Below are positions 1 through 10,745 of a stretch of DNA of 64,000 nucleotides, in pieces (the stretch's first letter is position 1; every line of letters starts with the position of its first letter). Made by a program: the position numbers and the translations under genes. This stretch comes from Kiritimatiellia bacterium (GTDB taxonomy: Bacteria > Verrucomicrobiota > Kiritimatiellia > RFP12 > DVOR01), in NCBI GenBank assembly GCA_017531445.1, contig JAFXKZ010000001.1:1522-65521 (forward strand), read 5' to 3'. A model generated the notes under the pieces. That model ran no database searches and was not told the DNA's origin. It worked only from the letters and a program-made list of their open reading frames with translations.

Positions 1-303
1 GGGTCGGACTTTCTTGCCTCAAATGCGGACCTCACGGTCGGGAACACGTATAATTTTTATTTGTTGGTCTTAGACAATAGTGATGCTGCACAAGCGCAAA
101 ATTACTTCCTTTCTGGGACAACCCCCGGAACGCTTATCTCTGAAGGTGGTCCGACAGATCAAAATACATTGGCTTTGAAGTTTGGAGGGAAGGGGACTTC
201 AAATATGCCCGCGACTCCGGATTGGGCAACTGTGCCGGAGCCGACGGCGTTGGCGTTGTTGGCACTCGGTGTGGCCGGGTTGGCTTTGCGCCGCCGTGCG
301 TAA
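1..303 (+). CDS. PEP-CTERM sorting domain protein (5' truncated by window edge)
   Basis: Frame open from base 1; C-terminus VPEPTALALLALGVAGLALRRRA = PEP motif, TM helix, basic tail. Confidence 0.9.
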   Translation, partial: GSDFLASNADLTVGNTYNFYLLVLDNSDAAQAQNYFLSGTTPGTLISEGGPTDQNTLALKFGGKGTSNMPATPDWATVPEPTALALLALGVAGLALRRRA

Positions 304-338
304 TTCGTAGTAACGCTTTCCCCTTTCGGGAAGCACGC

Positions 339-371
339 AAACAGGAAGCGGAAAGTGCCGCTTCCTGTTTT
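339..371. terminator. Intrinsic terminator, probably bidirectional
   Basis: Perfect 13-bp stem AAACAGGAAGCGG / CCGCTTCCTGTTT with 6-nt loop, between convergent genes. Confidence 0.8.
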
Positions 372-581
372 ATTATTGTAGGGCGGAGCAGGGCTTAAAA
401 AGAGTTACGCGCGCCGTGATAAGGGAGCGGGGCATTTGGGTAGAGCGGGTGGAGTATTCACCCCGCGCAAGGGGATAGAACGCATTTTGGGGGCGCACGG
501 CACGGCGTTACTGCAAGGGGGGGGAAGAAAGGAACGGAGCCGGGCGTAAGTGTGGCTAAAGCACGTGAGAATCCGGGACAA

Positions 582-1358
582 TCATTCCGGAGGCATATCG
601 TCGGCAAAACGCAAGTCTGCGGGACGTTCAAGCGCGGTGGCAGCGCGTTGGTGGGCGCGGTGGTAAGCGGCTTCGAGGGTTTTGCGGAAATCGTCCGTGC
701 CGCGCCAGTAGGGGAGATTGCCAAGTCGCCTCGGAACGGTGGCGGCATCCGGGCAGGGATGCAACTTCATGATCGCTTCCGGCGGGAGGGTTTGCGGCGT
801 GAGATCGGGGGCTTCTTCCGGAAAAATAATCCCTCTGAAGCGCAGCAGCAGCAAGGGGTCGGAGGCGATCGCGTCAGCAAAGAGGCATAACACCGCGATG
901 AGGTGTTTGCAGGGGCGTGTCCAGTCTTTGCAGGAGCACTTGAAAACAACGTCGTTTCGTGTGGTTGGGAAGAGCGACATGCCGTGCTGTTGCAGGCGTT
1001 CCTGAAAGGCGAACGGCAGTACGCGTGCCGCGACCTGTGCCGCATAGATGGGCGTGTCGCACAGGAGGTCCCATGCTTTTTCGGCGTCCAGAGGCGGCAT
1101 TTCCACCGCAAGATGGTAGGGGTGTGATTCGGCACCTTGCACCTCTGCGGTAATTGCGCCGGGCATCACTTCCATCCGGAGGACTTGACCTGTCTGCGCA
1201 TAGTTCCGTCCGCGTCCGAGCCGCGCACCGAGCTGAAGTTCTTCCAACCACGTGATCCAGCGTTTCCGCCACCAAGCATCACGGTTGCCTCCTTGCGGGC
1301 GCAGACCGCCGCGAACCGATCGGGCAAAGCGTGGGGCGTAGGGGTGTTTCTTGCTCAT
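582..1358 (-). CDS. SWIM zinc-finger protein
   Basis: CSCKDWTRPCKH SWIM motif; ARLGRGRNYA and AEVQG motifs typical of this bacterial family. Confidence 0.85.
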   Translation of the reverse strand: MSKKHPYAPRFARSVRGGLRPQGGNRDAWWRKRWITWLEELQLGARLGRGRNYAQTGQVLRMEVMPGAITAEVQGAESHPYHLAVEMPPLDAEKAWDLLCDTPIYAAQVAARVLPFAFQERLQQHGMSLFPTTRNDVVFKCSCKDWTRPCKHLIAVLCLFADAIASDPLLLLRFRGIIFPEEAPDLTPQTLPPEAIMKLHPCPDAATVPRRLGNLPYWRGTDDFRKTLEAAYHRAHQRAATALERPADLRFADDMPPE

Positions 1359-1591
1359 GGGAGAGGTCTTTGAGGGGAAATGGAGCGGTAAGGGGAGGGG
1401 CGTTTGGGCGGAAGAAGCCGTGCGAGCGGGTGAAAAGGCGGCGCGGGTGGCGGGGGAAAGTGCGTGAACCGGGTGGAAAAAGAATGGTGTTATCGCGTAA
1501 AAGAAGTGGCGGTTGGGGAAGGATTGGCGGGGATGAACGGAGATAAAAAGAGGGCAAGGGAGGAGGAGATGCGGCGCAGAGCCGGGCGCGA

Positions 1592-2248
1592 TCAGTGCGC
1601 ATCGTCGCCGATTTTCCCGGTACAGAGGAAGTCAAAGGTAACGACGTTGCCGGAGGCTTCGGAAGCTTCCAAGTCGTAGATCCGCAGAGAGAAAGGGCGG
1701 GTTGTGCCGTTGGCGCGCACGGTGATGGAAAATGTTTTCTGAGATTGCCGTTTCAATTCTCCCGCCTCTGCATTGGTTTCTCCGGCGACACGCCGCTCAA
1801 AGTCGGCCCTCTCACGATTGGAAGCGCGTCCCATTTTGATGGAATCATCAAAGGAAAGAAACTCAAAGCCCACGTTTTCGTAGTATTTGACCAATCCAAC
1901 GGCCTCGATGTCTCCGGCTTTGAGTGCGCTTCCTGTTCGCGGCGGCTCTTCTGAACGTGCTTCCGATTGCCCGTCTGTTTCGGCATCGGTAGGCGGCGAA
2001 CTCGCTGATGCAGTATCAAAAGGTGAATCCAAGGTCACCACGCCCGGCGCAAAGGTCAGCGTGATGGGTTGCTGCGTTTGGAGTGCCATATTGCGGGCGT
2101 AGCGCATCAAGCGCAGGGAATCTTTGGTCGCCATCGAGAGCTGCGTGGCACTTACCATCCCTCCGGAAATCACAATAATGGCCATCATCACACCGAGGAT
2201 GGCCATCACGATCAAAAGTTCAATCAGCGTAAATCCGCGCCGCATCAC
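1592..2248 (-). CDS. Prepilin-type N-terminal cleavage/methylation protein (GspH/FimT-like pseudopilin)
   Basis: RRG|FTLIELLIVMAILG class III signal peptide; YARNMAL helix as in GspH/FimT. Confidence 0.85.
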   Translation of the reverse strand: MMRRGFTLIELLIVMAILGVMMAIIVISGGMVSATQLSMATKDSLRLMRYARNMALQTQQPITLTFAPGVVTLDSPFDTASASSPPTDAETDGQSEARSEEPPRTGSALKAGDIEAVGLVKYYENVGFEFLSFDDSIKMGRASNRERADFERRVAGETNAEAGELKRQSQKTFSITVRANGTTRPFSLRIYDLEASEASGNVVTFDFLCTGKIGDDAH

Positions 2249-2755
2249 TTAGGAATTACCGTTGAGTTTCATCACCAGAAGAATCGCCGCAATGACGATT
2301 GCAATCCCCGAAATGATGAGCACTACATTGAAAAACTTCTTGCCTTCGGACTTCTTGGTGAACCCGTCTACCGCAGTGCTTGTGCCGCTTTTCGGCTTGA
2401 TGATAATCGTTGTGCGGGGGAGGGAATCAATCGGAGCTGCGGCAGGCTCCGCCGCAGGCACATCGTCACCCCGGATGATGGCGGTGATATCACCGAAGGC
2501 AATCACATCATTGCGATAGACCATTGCCATTGTGATCCGCTGACTGTGATTCACACGCGTACCATTGGTAGAGCCGTTATCTTTGATGCGCCAACCGCCT
2601 TCGCACGGTTCAATAATGCAGTGCTCACCGGAGACAGAAGAATTCGGGATGACGAAATCGTTGGCATTGTTGCGACCGATACGGATGCCGGTCCCTGCGC
2701 TCCACTCATACTTGCGTCCGATTTCTTCGCCTTCTACAATCTCAAGTATTGGCAT
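2249..2755 (-). CDS. FHA domain protein with C-terminal TM anchor
   Basis: IGR, SVSGEH and DNGSTNGT FHA motifs; hydrophobic C-terminus. Confidence 0.9.
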   Translation of the reverse strand: MPILEIVEGEEIGRKYEWSAGTGIRIGRNNANDFVIPNSSVSGEHCIIEPCEGGWRIKDNGSTNGTRVNHSQRITMAMVYRNDVIAFGDITAIIRGDDVPAAEPAAAPIDSLPRTTIIIKPKSGTSTAVDGFTKKSEGKKFFNVVLIISGIAIVIAAILLVMKLNGNS

Positions 2756-2783
2756 GGTAAAACTCCTTAATCAATTCAAAAAG

Positions 2784-2812
2784 AGTATAAACAAGTTTCG
2801 GCTTGCTGTCAA
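2784..2812 (-). promoter_or_regulatory. Sigma70 promoter for the FHA-pseudopilin genes
   Basis: TTGACA-N17-TATACT on the minus strand. Confidence 0.75.
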
Positions 2813-2824
2813 GAGGCGATTTGA

Positions 2825-5346
<2,522 letters not shown>

Positions 5347-5573
5347 TATTCCGATTGATTTTGAAAGGGTTAATCAAAGATTAAAGGGGCGCGGAAGCTC
5401 CTTTCCGCCGCTTTCCGGAGGTGCTGTTGCCGAAGGGGAAAGCGTTTATGCGTGGGGGGAAGCGGAACCTTTTGCGCAACCGGAGAGGTGCCGATCGCAC
5501 AGCGGGAATGCCGTTGGAGGGCGGGAACAACCCGGAGCGGTTGAACACAGAAGGTGCGCCGCAGGAGCTCATG

Positions 5574-5680
5574 CTTCAACCTGCGGCAAAACTGCCGCCA
5601 TTTTGCAGGCTCGCGCTACTTGCGTCCTGCCCGCTCCCTACGCTTTCAAGCTGCGGTAAAACCGCCGCCATCTTGCAGGC
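5574..5680. repeat. Pair of 37-bp direct repeats with an internal hairpin, separated by 33 bp
   Basis: 5574-5610 and 5644-5680 match at 32/37 positions; GCGGCA-4nt-TGCCGC palindrome in copy 1. Confidence 0.75.
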
Positions 5681-5750
5681 AGTTCCGGAAAAGAACGGGC
5701 GGCAGCTTCTTGCGAAGCCGCCGCCATTGAAGCGCGCATCAGGATGAAGT

Positions 5751-6356
5751 TCAGGCAATTTTGCGCTTGAGTGCCAGCCCTGCCACGCCGAGGGCGAGCA
5801 GCGCAAGTGCCGTCGGCTCGGGAACACCGGGCGCAGGGACATCGGAAGCGGTAAGCGTCATTGAAGGGATCCACGCATTTGCGGCTTCGTTCCGCACAAC
5901 GCTTGCGCCGAATTTATCCATGCGACTGCCCTCTGCGTCATAACCAAAAAGCGTATAGGTTTTTGTGACATCTACGATTAAATCTGTAAAGGTGATAAGG
6001 CTGGATTTGCGCGTATAGAATCCATTATTACTGAGCGTTGTGACATAATCGCCGTTTGCAGTCACTGTGCCGGTGGCGATTTCAGTGTCGCCTTCAAACA
6101 ACTTTACGGTTGCGGGAACGTTTTCCTCATGTTGACGACGTGCAATAAGGATTGTTTCCAAAACGACGTTCCCGGAAGTGGGAAGTGTGCTGGTGATGGT
6201 GGCATCAGCAGCAAATGAAATCGTAATACCTGCGGGAAAATCATAGTTCCCACCCCATGTTACAGCGGTGCCGTTGCTGTTTGTCCATGTGTAGGTCACT
6301 GCCTGTGCGAGTGTAGCGCAGAAGAGCGCAACAGAAAGAAGCATCAGTTTTTTCAT
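5751..6356 (-). CDS. PEP-CTERM sorting domain protein with signal peptide
   Basis: MKKLMLLSVALFCATLAQA signal peptide; C-terminus VPEPTALALLALGVAGLALKRKIA. Confidence 0.9.
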   Translation of the reverse strand: MKKLMLLSVALFCATLAQAVTYTWTNSNGTAVTWGGNYDFPAGITISFAADATITSTLPTSGNVVLETILIARRQHEENVPATVKLFEGDTEIATGTVTANGDYVTTLSNNGFYTRKSSLITFTDLIVDVTKTYTLFGYDAEGSRMDKFGASVVRNEAANAWIPSMTLTASDVPAPGVPEPTALALLALGVAGLALKRKIA

Positions 6357-6405
6357 CAGAAACATCCTTGCAAACGTCAATTCTCCAAAACGGAAAAACA
6401 TCACA

Positions 6406-6434
6406 AGGATAGCATAAGTCGCGGGGGGGGGCAA
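6406..6434 (-). promoter_or_regulatory. Sigma70 promoter containing a C9 tract (PEP-CTERM gene)
   Basis: TTGCCC-N17-TATCCT with TG extension; G9 on + strand at 6423-6431. Confidence 0.6.
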
Positions 6435-6557
6435 GACTTATTTAGCATGGAGATGAAAAGGGAGTGCTTTCCTGCGGGGGGTGGAGAGGTGTTTTCCCCG
6501 AAGGAAGTTTTCCGGAGGCGGAAGGCGTTGGGCTTTTCTGCCGTGCAGAAGGCATTT

Positions 6558-6663
6558 GGACATCGCCCATGTTGCGCGGTAATGTGGGCGAAGTGTGCGC
6601 TCAACTCCGCCGATCTTGTTGCGCAACATGGGCGATGTTCTCCGGTGAAGTCTGGCGGGATGG
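6558..6663. repeat. 22-bp phased pseudo-palindrome array A
   Basis: Cores CGCCC/GGGCG/CGCCG/GGGCG/TGGCG at 6564, 6586, 6608, 6630, 6653. Confidence 0.85.
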
Positions 6664-6752
6664 ACCGGGGGTGTGGCGATGGGCGGCACGGTGTAAAAAC
6701 GACACGCGGCGCGGAAAAGTTTCCGTGCCGCGTGTGTGTGCGCTTGAGGCGA

Positions 6753-9700
6753 TTATTCGATAATGCCGATTTCCGCCATGGAAGCGAATTCGTTTCCGTT
6801 CTGTTCGCTCTGCGCGATGAAACGGACATAGCGGACATTGGCGACAGGTTGCGCGAAGTGGATTTCCTGCACATCGGCGGTGTTTTTGAGGGTGCCGGTG
6901 GCGGCGGTCTTCCACGTTTTGCGGTCGGGCGAGACTTCTACCGTGAAGGTTTTTACACGTCCGTTGGTGCCGTCCTGACGCGCCATGCAGGTGATGCCTT
7001 TCAGGGTGCGCGTCTTATTGAGATCCATCGCCACGCTGTGCGGATATTTACCGAGGGTGACGCCATACTGCGAGTGCCAGTAGGTCATCGGGTCGCCGTC
7101 GCAGGCTTTGCCGCCTTCATAGCCCGGTTCCTGTGAGGAGCATTCCACAGCGAGGAAGGTTTCGGGGGGCGGGGGCATGGTTTCATCCAGCGTGACGACC
7201 TGTTCACGTACTGGCAGGAGCGGGGCAGCCGCTGCCGGGCGGAAGGCGAGGTTCAGGCGATAGGGCACAGTGGAGCGGGGAATATCGCGATTGAGCGGCC
7301 CCGGTCCGCAGCTGGCACCGCCCAGACCGCGATTGGTGCAGAGCAGGGTCAGCACGGTCTTGTCACTGGCGGGCAGTTCCTGTGGATGGCGGGCTTCACA
7401 GAGTTCGGTCGCCGTGTAGGGGAGTGCAGAGAAGGCAAAATCGCCCTCGTTAAGTGCGCTGACAGCGAGCCCTTGCGCGGTTTTCCCATTGGGGGTGAGG
7501 GCGAGGGCGAGGGTGTTTTCGCGATTGCCCATATCGTTGGGGCGGGCATAGTTGACGACCATATCTTTCACCGTGGAGGCATAGCAGGCCCGGAAAGCTC
7601 CGGTCTTGCGGTCGGGATAGTTTTCAAACGGTCCGCGCCCGAGGTAGGAGACGGTGTTCATGTCGCCCTTGAATGTGAGCGAATAACCCAACCGCGGCAG
7701 TTCAATTACGCGGCCGCGCGGGAGGATGGCCGATTGCAGGGTGAGGGTGCCGTCGGGGTAGACGCGCCAAGCGGCGTTGACCACAAAGTGGGTGTTCTTT
7801 TCGGAGACGGGGGTCTTCAGCGTCTCAAAGAAAGTCTTGTGCGTCATGCCGTTGTCGAAGTCGCGCAGACGTTCCAACGCCGCGCCCATTACGGTGGCGG
7901 AGGTGGTGAAGGTGACCGAACCATCGGACTGCGTTACCACGCCGGAGAGCTCGCCCTTGACGGGCACCAGTTTGCGCAGACCCTGCTGCGCCCAAGTGTT
8001 GCCCATCGGCACTTCGTTGGAAGAGGGGCAGCGGAAAGCATCCACGGTGAGCGGTTGGGTGAGCAGATCGGTGCCGTTGAGGGTGTATTGCACCAGGGTG
8101 GCACTCTTCTTGCAGAAGGTGGCCGTAAAGTGCTTGCCTTTGAATTGAACCGTCTTATCGGTGTCGATCACCTGTACGTTGCCTTTTGCCGTCACAGGAA
8201 TCGGCGCGGCCGCCTGGAGGGGGAGCTGATCCGAAGCAACCACGAAGCCCTTTTTCATCATTTGCTCATCTTGCTTGAGGGCAAACGTCACACGCAGGTC
8301 GTAACCGTTGGTGTCGCGCGGGATGCGCACGGGCAGGGCATAGGTGCCGCGCTGTTGGGGCCGGATGCCCGCCACATCAAAGTGTCCCTGTTGGTTGGTG
8401 GGCTGACCATTCTTGTAGAGCGTCCATGTGGCCGTTACGTAATCCAGCGGACGGAAGTAGTTCTTGTTCAGGATTTCCACCTGCCCCTCTTTCAGCGTGG
8501 CTTTGATGTTCTGGTAGACATGCGCCACTTCGTAGTAGCCCGGTTCGGGCGTGTGATCGGCAAGGATGGTGCCGTTGCAGACGAATTGCCCGGAGTTCGG
8601 GTGGTCGCCCCAGTCGCCGCCATAGGCGAGGATACGTTTGCCGCTGATGGGCGAGTCGTACCAGAGGGCTTGGTCGACCCAGTCCCAGATGGCACCGCCC
8701 ATGATGACATCCGAACTCTCGATTGCCGCCTGATAGTCTGCGAAGTTGCCGAGGGCATTCATCATGTTGTGGGCGTATTCGGAGATGTAGAAGGGCTTGT
8801 CGGCCTCCAGATGGGCGGCTTTCTGCTGTGTCCAGCCCACGGAGGGATATTGATTGGAGCCCATATCCACAATGTCGTTGTTGCGCTCATAGTGGGTGGG
8901 GCGGGTGAAGTCGCGCGCTTTGATGGTGCGTTCGGCCACGGCGAAATTGCGCCCGGGCCCGGCTTCGTTTCCGAGCGACCAGATCACAACGCAGGGCTGG
9001 TTTTTGTTGCGCTCCACCATGGTCATGATGCGGTCAACGTGGGCATCCATCCATTCCACGGGGTGGGAAAGGGATTCTTTACCATAGTAGTAACCGTGCG
9101 ATTCAATGTTGGCCTCATCTTCCACATAGATGCCATAGCGGTTGCACAGGTAGTAGAAATAGGGGTCGGCAGGGTAGTGCGAGCAGCGCACGTGGTTGAT
9201 GTTGGCCTCCTTCATCAGGCGGATTTCTTCTTCGCACCAGGCCTCTGGAATGGTGTGCCCCAAGTAGGGATTGGCTTCATGGCGGTTGACACCTTTGAGC
9301 TTGATCTTCTGACCATTGACCCAAAAGCGTTTCTTTTTGTCGCCATTGCGGGCGGCGACTTCCACCTTGCGGAAGCCGAGTTGCGCCGGGACGGCTTCGA
9401 TGAGGGCACCGGCTTCATCGCGCAATTCCAGCACGAGGGTATAGAGATTGGGTGTTTCTGCCGACCAGAGTGCCGGCGCGTCAAAGCGCATCAGCAGGCC
9501 TGTTTTCCATGATTTCTGCCCGGTGATATCAATCTTCTTGGAGGCGATTCCGTCCCACGGAGCATCTTTGGGGGTGACGGCGGTAACGGCTTTACCTTGT
9601 GCGTCGTAGACTTTGGCAGAGAGCGTAGCCTTGGCAGGGGTGAGGTCGGTGAAGTGATTCTTGAGCTCCACATCTACGACCACTTCCCACTGTCCGCCCT

Positions 9701-10541
9701 GGAAGGATTGGCCGGGGAGCGGTTCGGTGGTGGCGAAGAAGTCGCGGATATGCACCTTGGGCACAGCGTAGAGCTGCACGGTGCGGAAAATGCCTGAAAG
9801 GCGCGTCATATCCTGACATTCCAGATAGGCCGCATCGCTGTGACGGTAGACTTCGGCGGCGACAACGTTCTTGCCCTTCTTCAGATAGGGAGTGATACGG
9901 AACGCGGCCGGGTCGCGGGAGTTCTTGGAGAAGCCGATATACTTGCCGTTGATCCACAGGTAGAAGAAAGAATCCACACCGTCAAACTGGATGTAGACTT
10001 CCTCGCCTTTCCATTCAGCCGGCACGGTGAAGTCGCGGCGGTAGCAGCCCACGGGATTGCGCTCGGCGTAGTTGGTGTAGTGTTTGGGCGGCGTAGTCAT
10101 CACGCGCGGCCAATCACGTGCGAACGGGTAGGGCTGGTTGCTGTAAAGTGCCGTGCCCCAGCCTTTTTTGCCTTCCGGATGGGCTCCGATGGCTTGCCAG
10201 TTGGCCGGGACAACGATGGTTTCCCACTTGGAGACATCATAATCGGGATTCTGGAACCCGATCGGCCGCTCCGAGGGGTCTTTGCTCCACTTGAATTTCC
10301 ACTCGGTCTTGGAATTGAGCGAGTGCCAGCGTGTGCTGTAGCGCGGCAGAATCCGCTTGGCCGCTTCGGTATCTTTGAAGCTGAAGGCCCAGGCGCGGGC
10401 GGGCTCTTTGTTCAGGGAGAGGTTTTGTTCCTGTTCCCATTCAAGCCCCGTTGGTGCGGCAACTTCGCCAAACTGCGCCACCGCAAGCCCCATTGTCGCC
10501 AAACAGCAGAGACTGCCCAGCAGAAGTGTTTCTTTAATCAT
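6753..10541 (-). CDS. lacZ: Secreted GH2 beta-galactosidase with C-terminal F5/8 type C (CBM32) domain
   Basis: KGVNRHE, NHVRCSHYP, WSLGNE, ISEYAH, GGAIWDWVDQ, GRGPFENYPDR; C-terminal DGDPMTYWHS...YVRF...SMAEI; signal peptide. Confidence 0.93.
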   Translation of the reverse strand: MIKETLLLGSLCCLATMGLAVAQFGEVAAPTGLEWEQEQNLSLNKEPARAWAFSFKDTEAAKRILPRYSTRWHSLNSKTEWKFKWSKDPSERPIGFQNPDYDVSKWETIVVPANWQAIGAHPEGKKGWGTALYSNQPYPFARDWPRVMTTPPKHYTNYAERNPVGCYRRDFTVPAEWKGEEVYIQFDGVDSFFYLWINGKYIGFSKNSRDPAAFRITPYLKKGKNVVAAEVYRHSDAAYLECQDMTRLSGIFRTVQLYAVPKVHIRDFFATTEPLPGQSFQGGQWEVVVDVELKNHFTDLTPAKATLSAKVYDAQGKAVTAVTPKDAPWDGIASKKIDITGQKSWKTGLLMRFDAPALWSAETPNLYTLVLELRDEAGALIEAVPAQLGFRKVEVAARNGDKKKRFWVNGQKIKLKGVNRHEANPYLGHTIPEAWCEEEIRLMKEANINHVRCSHYPADPYFYYLCNRYGIYVEDEANIESHGYYYGKESLSHPVEWMDAHVDRIMTMVERNKNQPCVVIWSLGNEAGPGRNFAVAERTIKARDFTRPTHYERNNDIVDMGSNQYPSVGWTQQKAAHLEADKPFYISEYAHNMMNALGNFADYQAAIESSDVIMGGAIWDWVDQALWYDSPISGKRILAYGGDWGDHPNSGQFVCNGTILADHTPEPGYYEVAHVYQNIKATLKEGQVEILNKNYFRPLDYVTATWTLYKNGQPTNQQGHFDVAGIRPQQRGTYALPVRIPRDTNGYDLRVTFALKQDEQMMKKGFVVASDQLPLQAAAPIPVTAKGNVQVIDTDKTVQFKGKHFTATFCKKSATLVQYTLNGTDLLTQPLTVDAFRCPSSNEVPMGNTWAQQGLRKLVPVKGELSGVVTQSDGSVTFTTSATVMGAALERLRDFDNGMTHKTFFETLKTPVSEKNTHFVVNAAWRVYPDGTLTLQSAILPRGRVIELPRLGYSLTFKGDMNTVSYLGRGPFENYPDRKTGAFRACYASTVKDMVVNYARPNDMGNRENTLALALTPNGKTAQGLAVSALNEGDFAFSALPYTATELCEARHPQELPASDKTVLTLLCTNRGLGGASCGPGPLNRDIPRSTVPYRLNLAFRPAAAAPLLPVREQVVTLDETMPPPPETFLAVECSSQEPGYEGGKACDGDPMTYWHSQYGVTLGKYPHSVAMDLNKTRTLKGITCMARQDGTNGRVKTFTVEVSPDRKTWKTAATGTLKNTADVQEIHFAQPVANVRYVRFIAQSEQNGNEFASMAEIGIIE

Positions 10542-10582
10542 GATGTCTGATCCTTGTTAAAGCAGGGTAATTCAACACGGAT

Positions 10583-10611
10583 AGTATTGCATTTCCCCGG
10601 GGGAAAGTCAA
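10583..10611 (-). promoter_or_regulatory. Putative promoter of the GH2 gene with a palindrome in the spacer
   Basis: TTGACT-N17-AATACT with TG extension; spacer contains TTTCCCCGGGGGAAA dyad (possible operator). Confidence 0.5.
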
Positions 10612-10745
10612 ACCGTTTTGCCGGAAATTGGGGGCTGCTTCCCGGATAGTCCAGTCGCTTCCCGGGTGTCATAAACGGCGGCATTGTGCTATCATTAGCG
10701 GTAATCTTGTCGCGAGCAGTGGACATTACAGAGAGAGGTTATGGA

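Noticed and set aside
517-524. G8 tract
   Set aside because: In a convergent gap, not within a gene or recognisable promoter
582-1358. SWIM protein as part of a SWIM-SNF2 system
   Set aside because: No SNF2 helicase adjacent in this window
1359-1591. Purine-rich gap with G-runs and weak 22-bp hints (1406, 1428)
   Set aside because: Too degenerate to call an array or G-quadruplex
6401-6763. Short overlapping ORFs across array A (likewise at 29084-29389, 32438-33073 and 61584-62115)
   Set aside because: No motifs or RBS; the 22-bp pitch is not a multiple of 3, so a coding repeat is unlikely
7386-9512. 708-aa + strand ORF
   Set aside because: Antisense shadow of the codon-biased GH2 gene; no motifs
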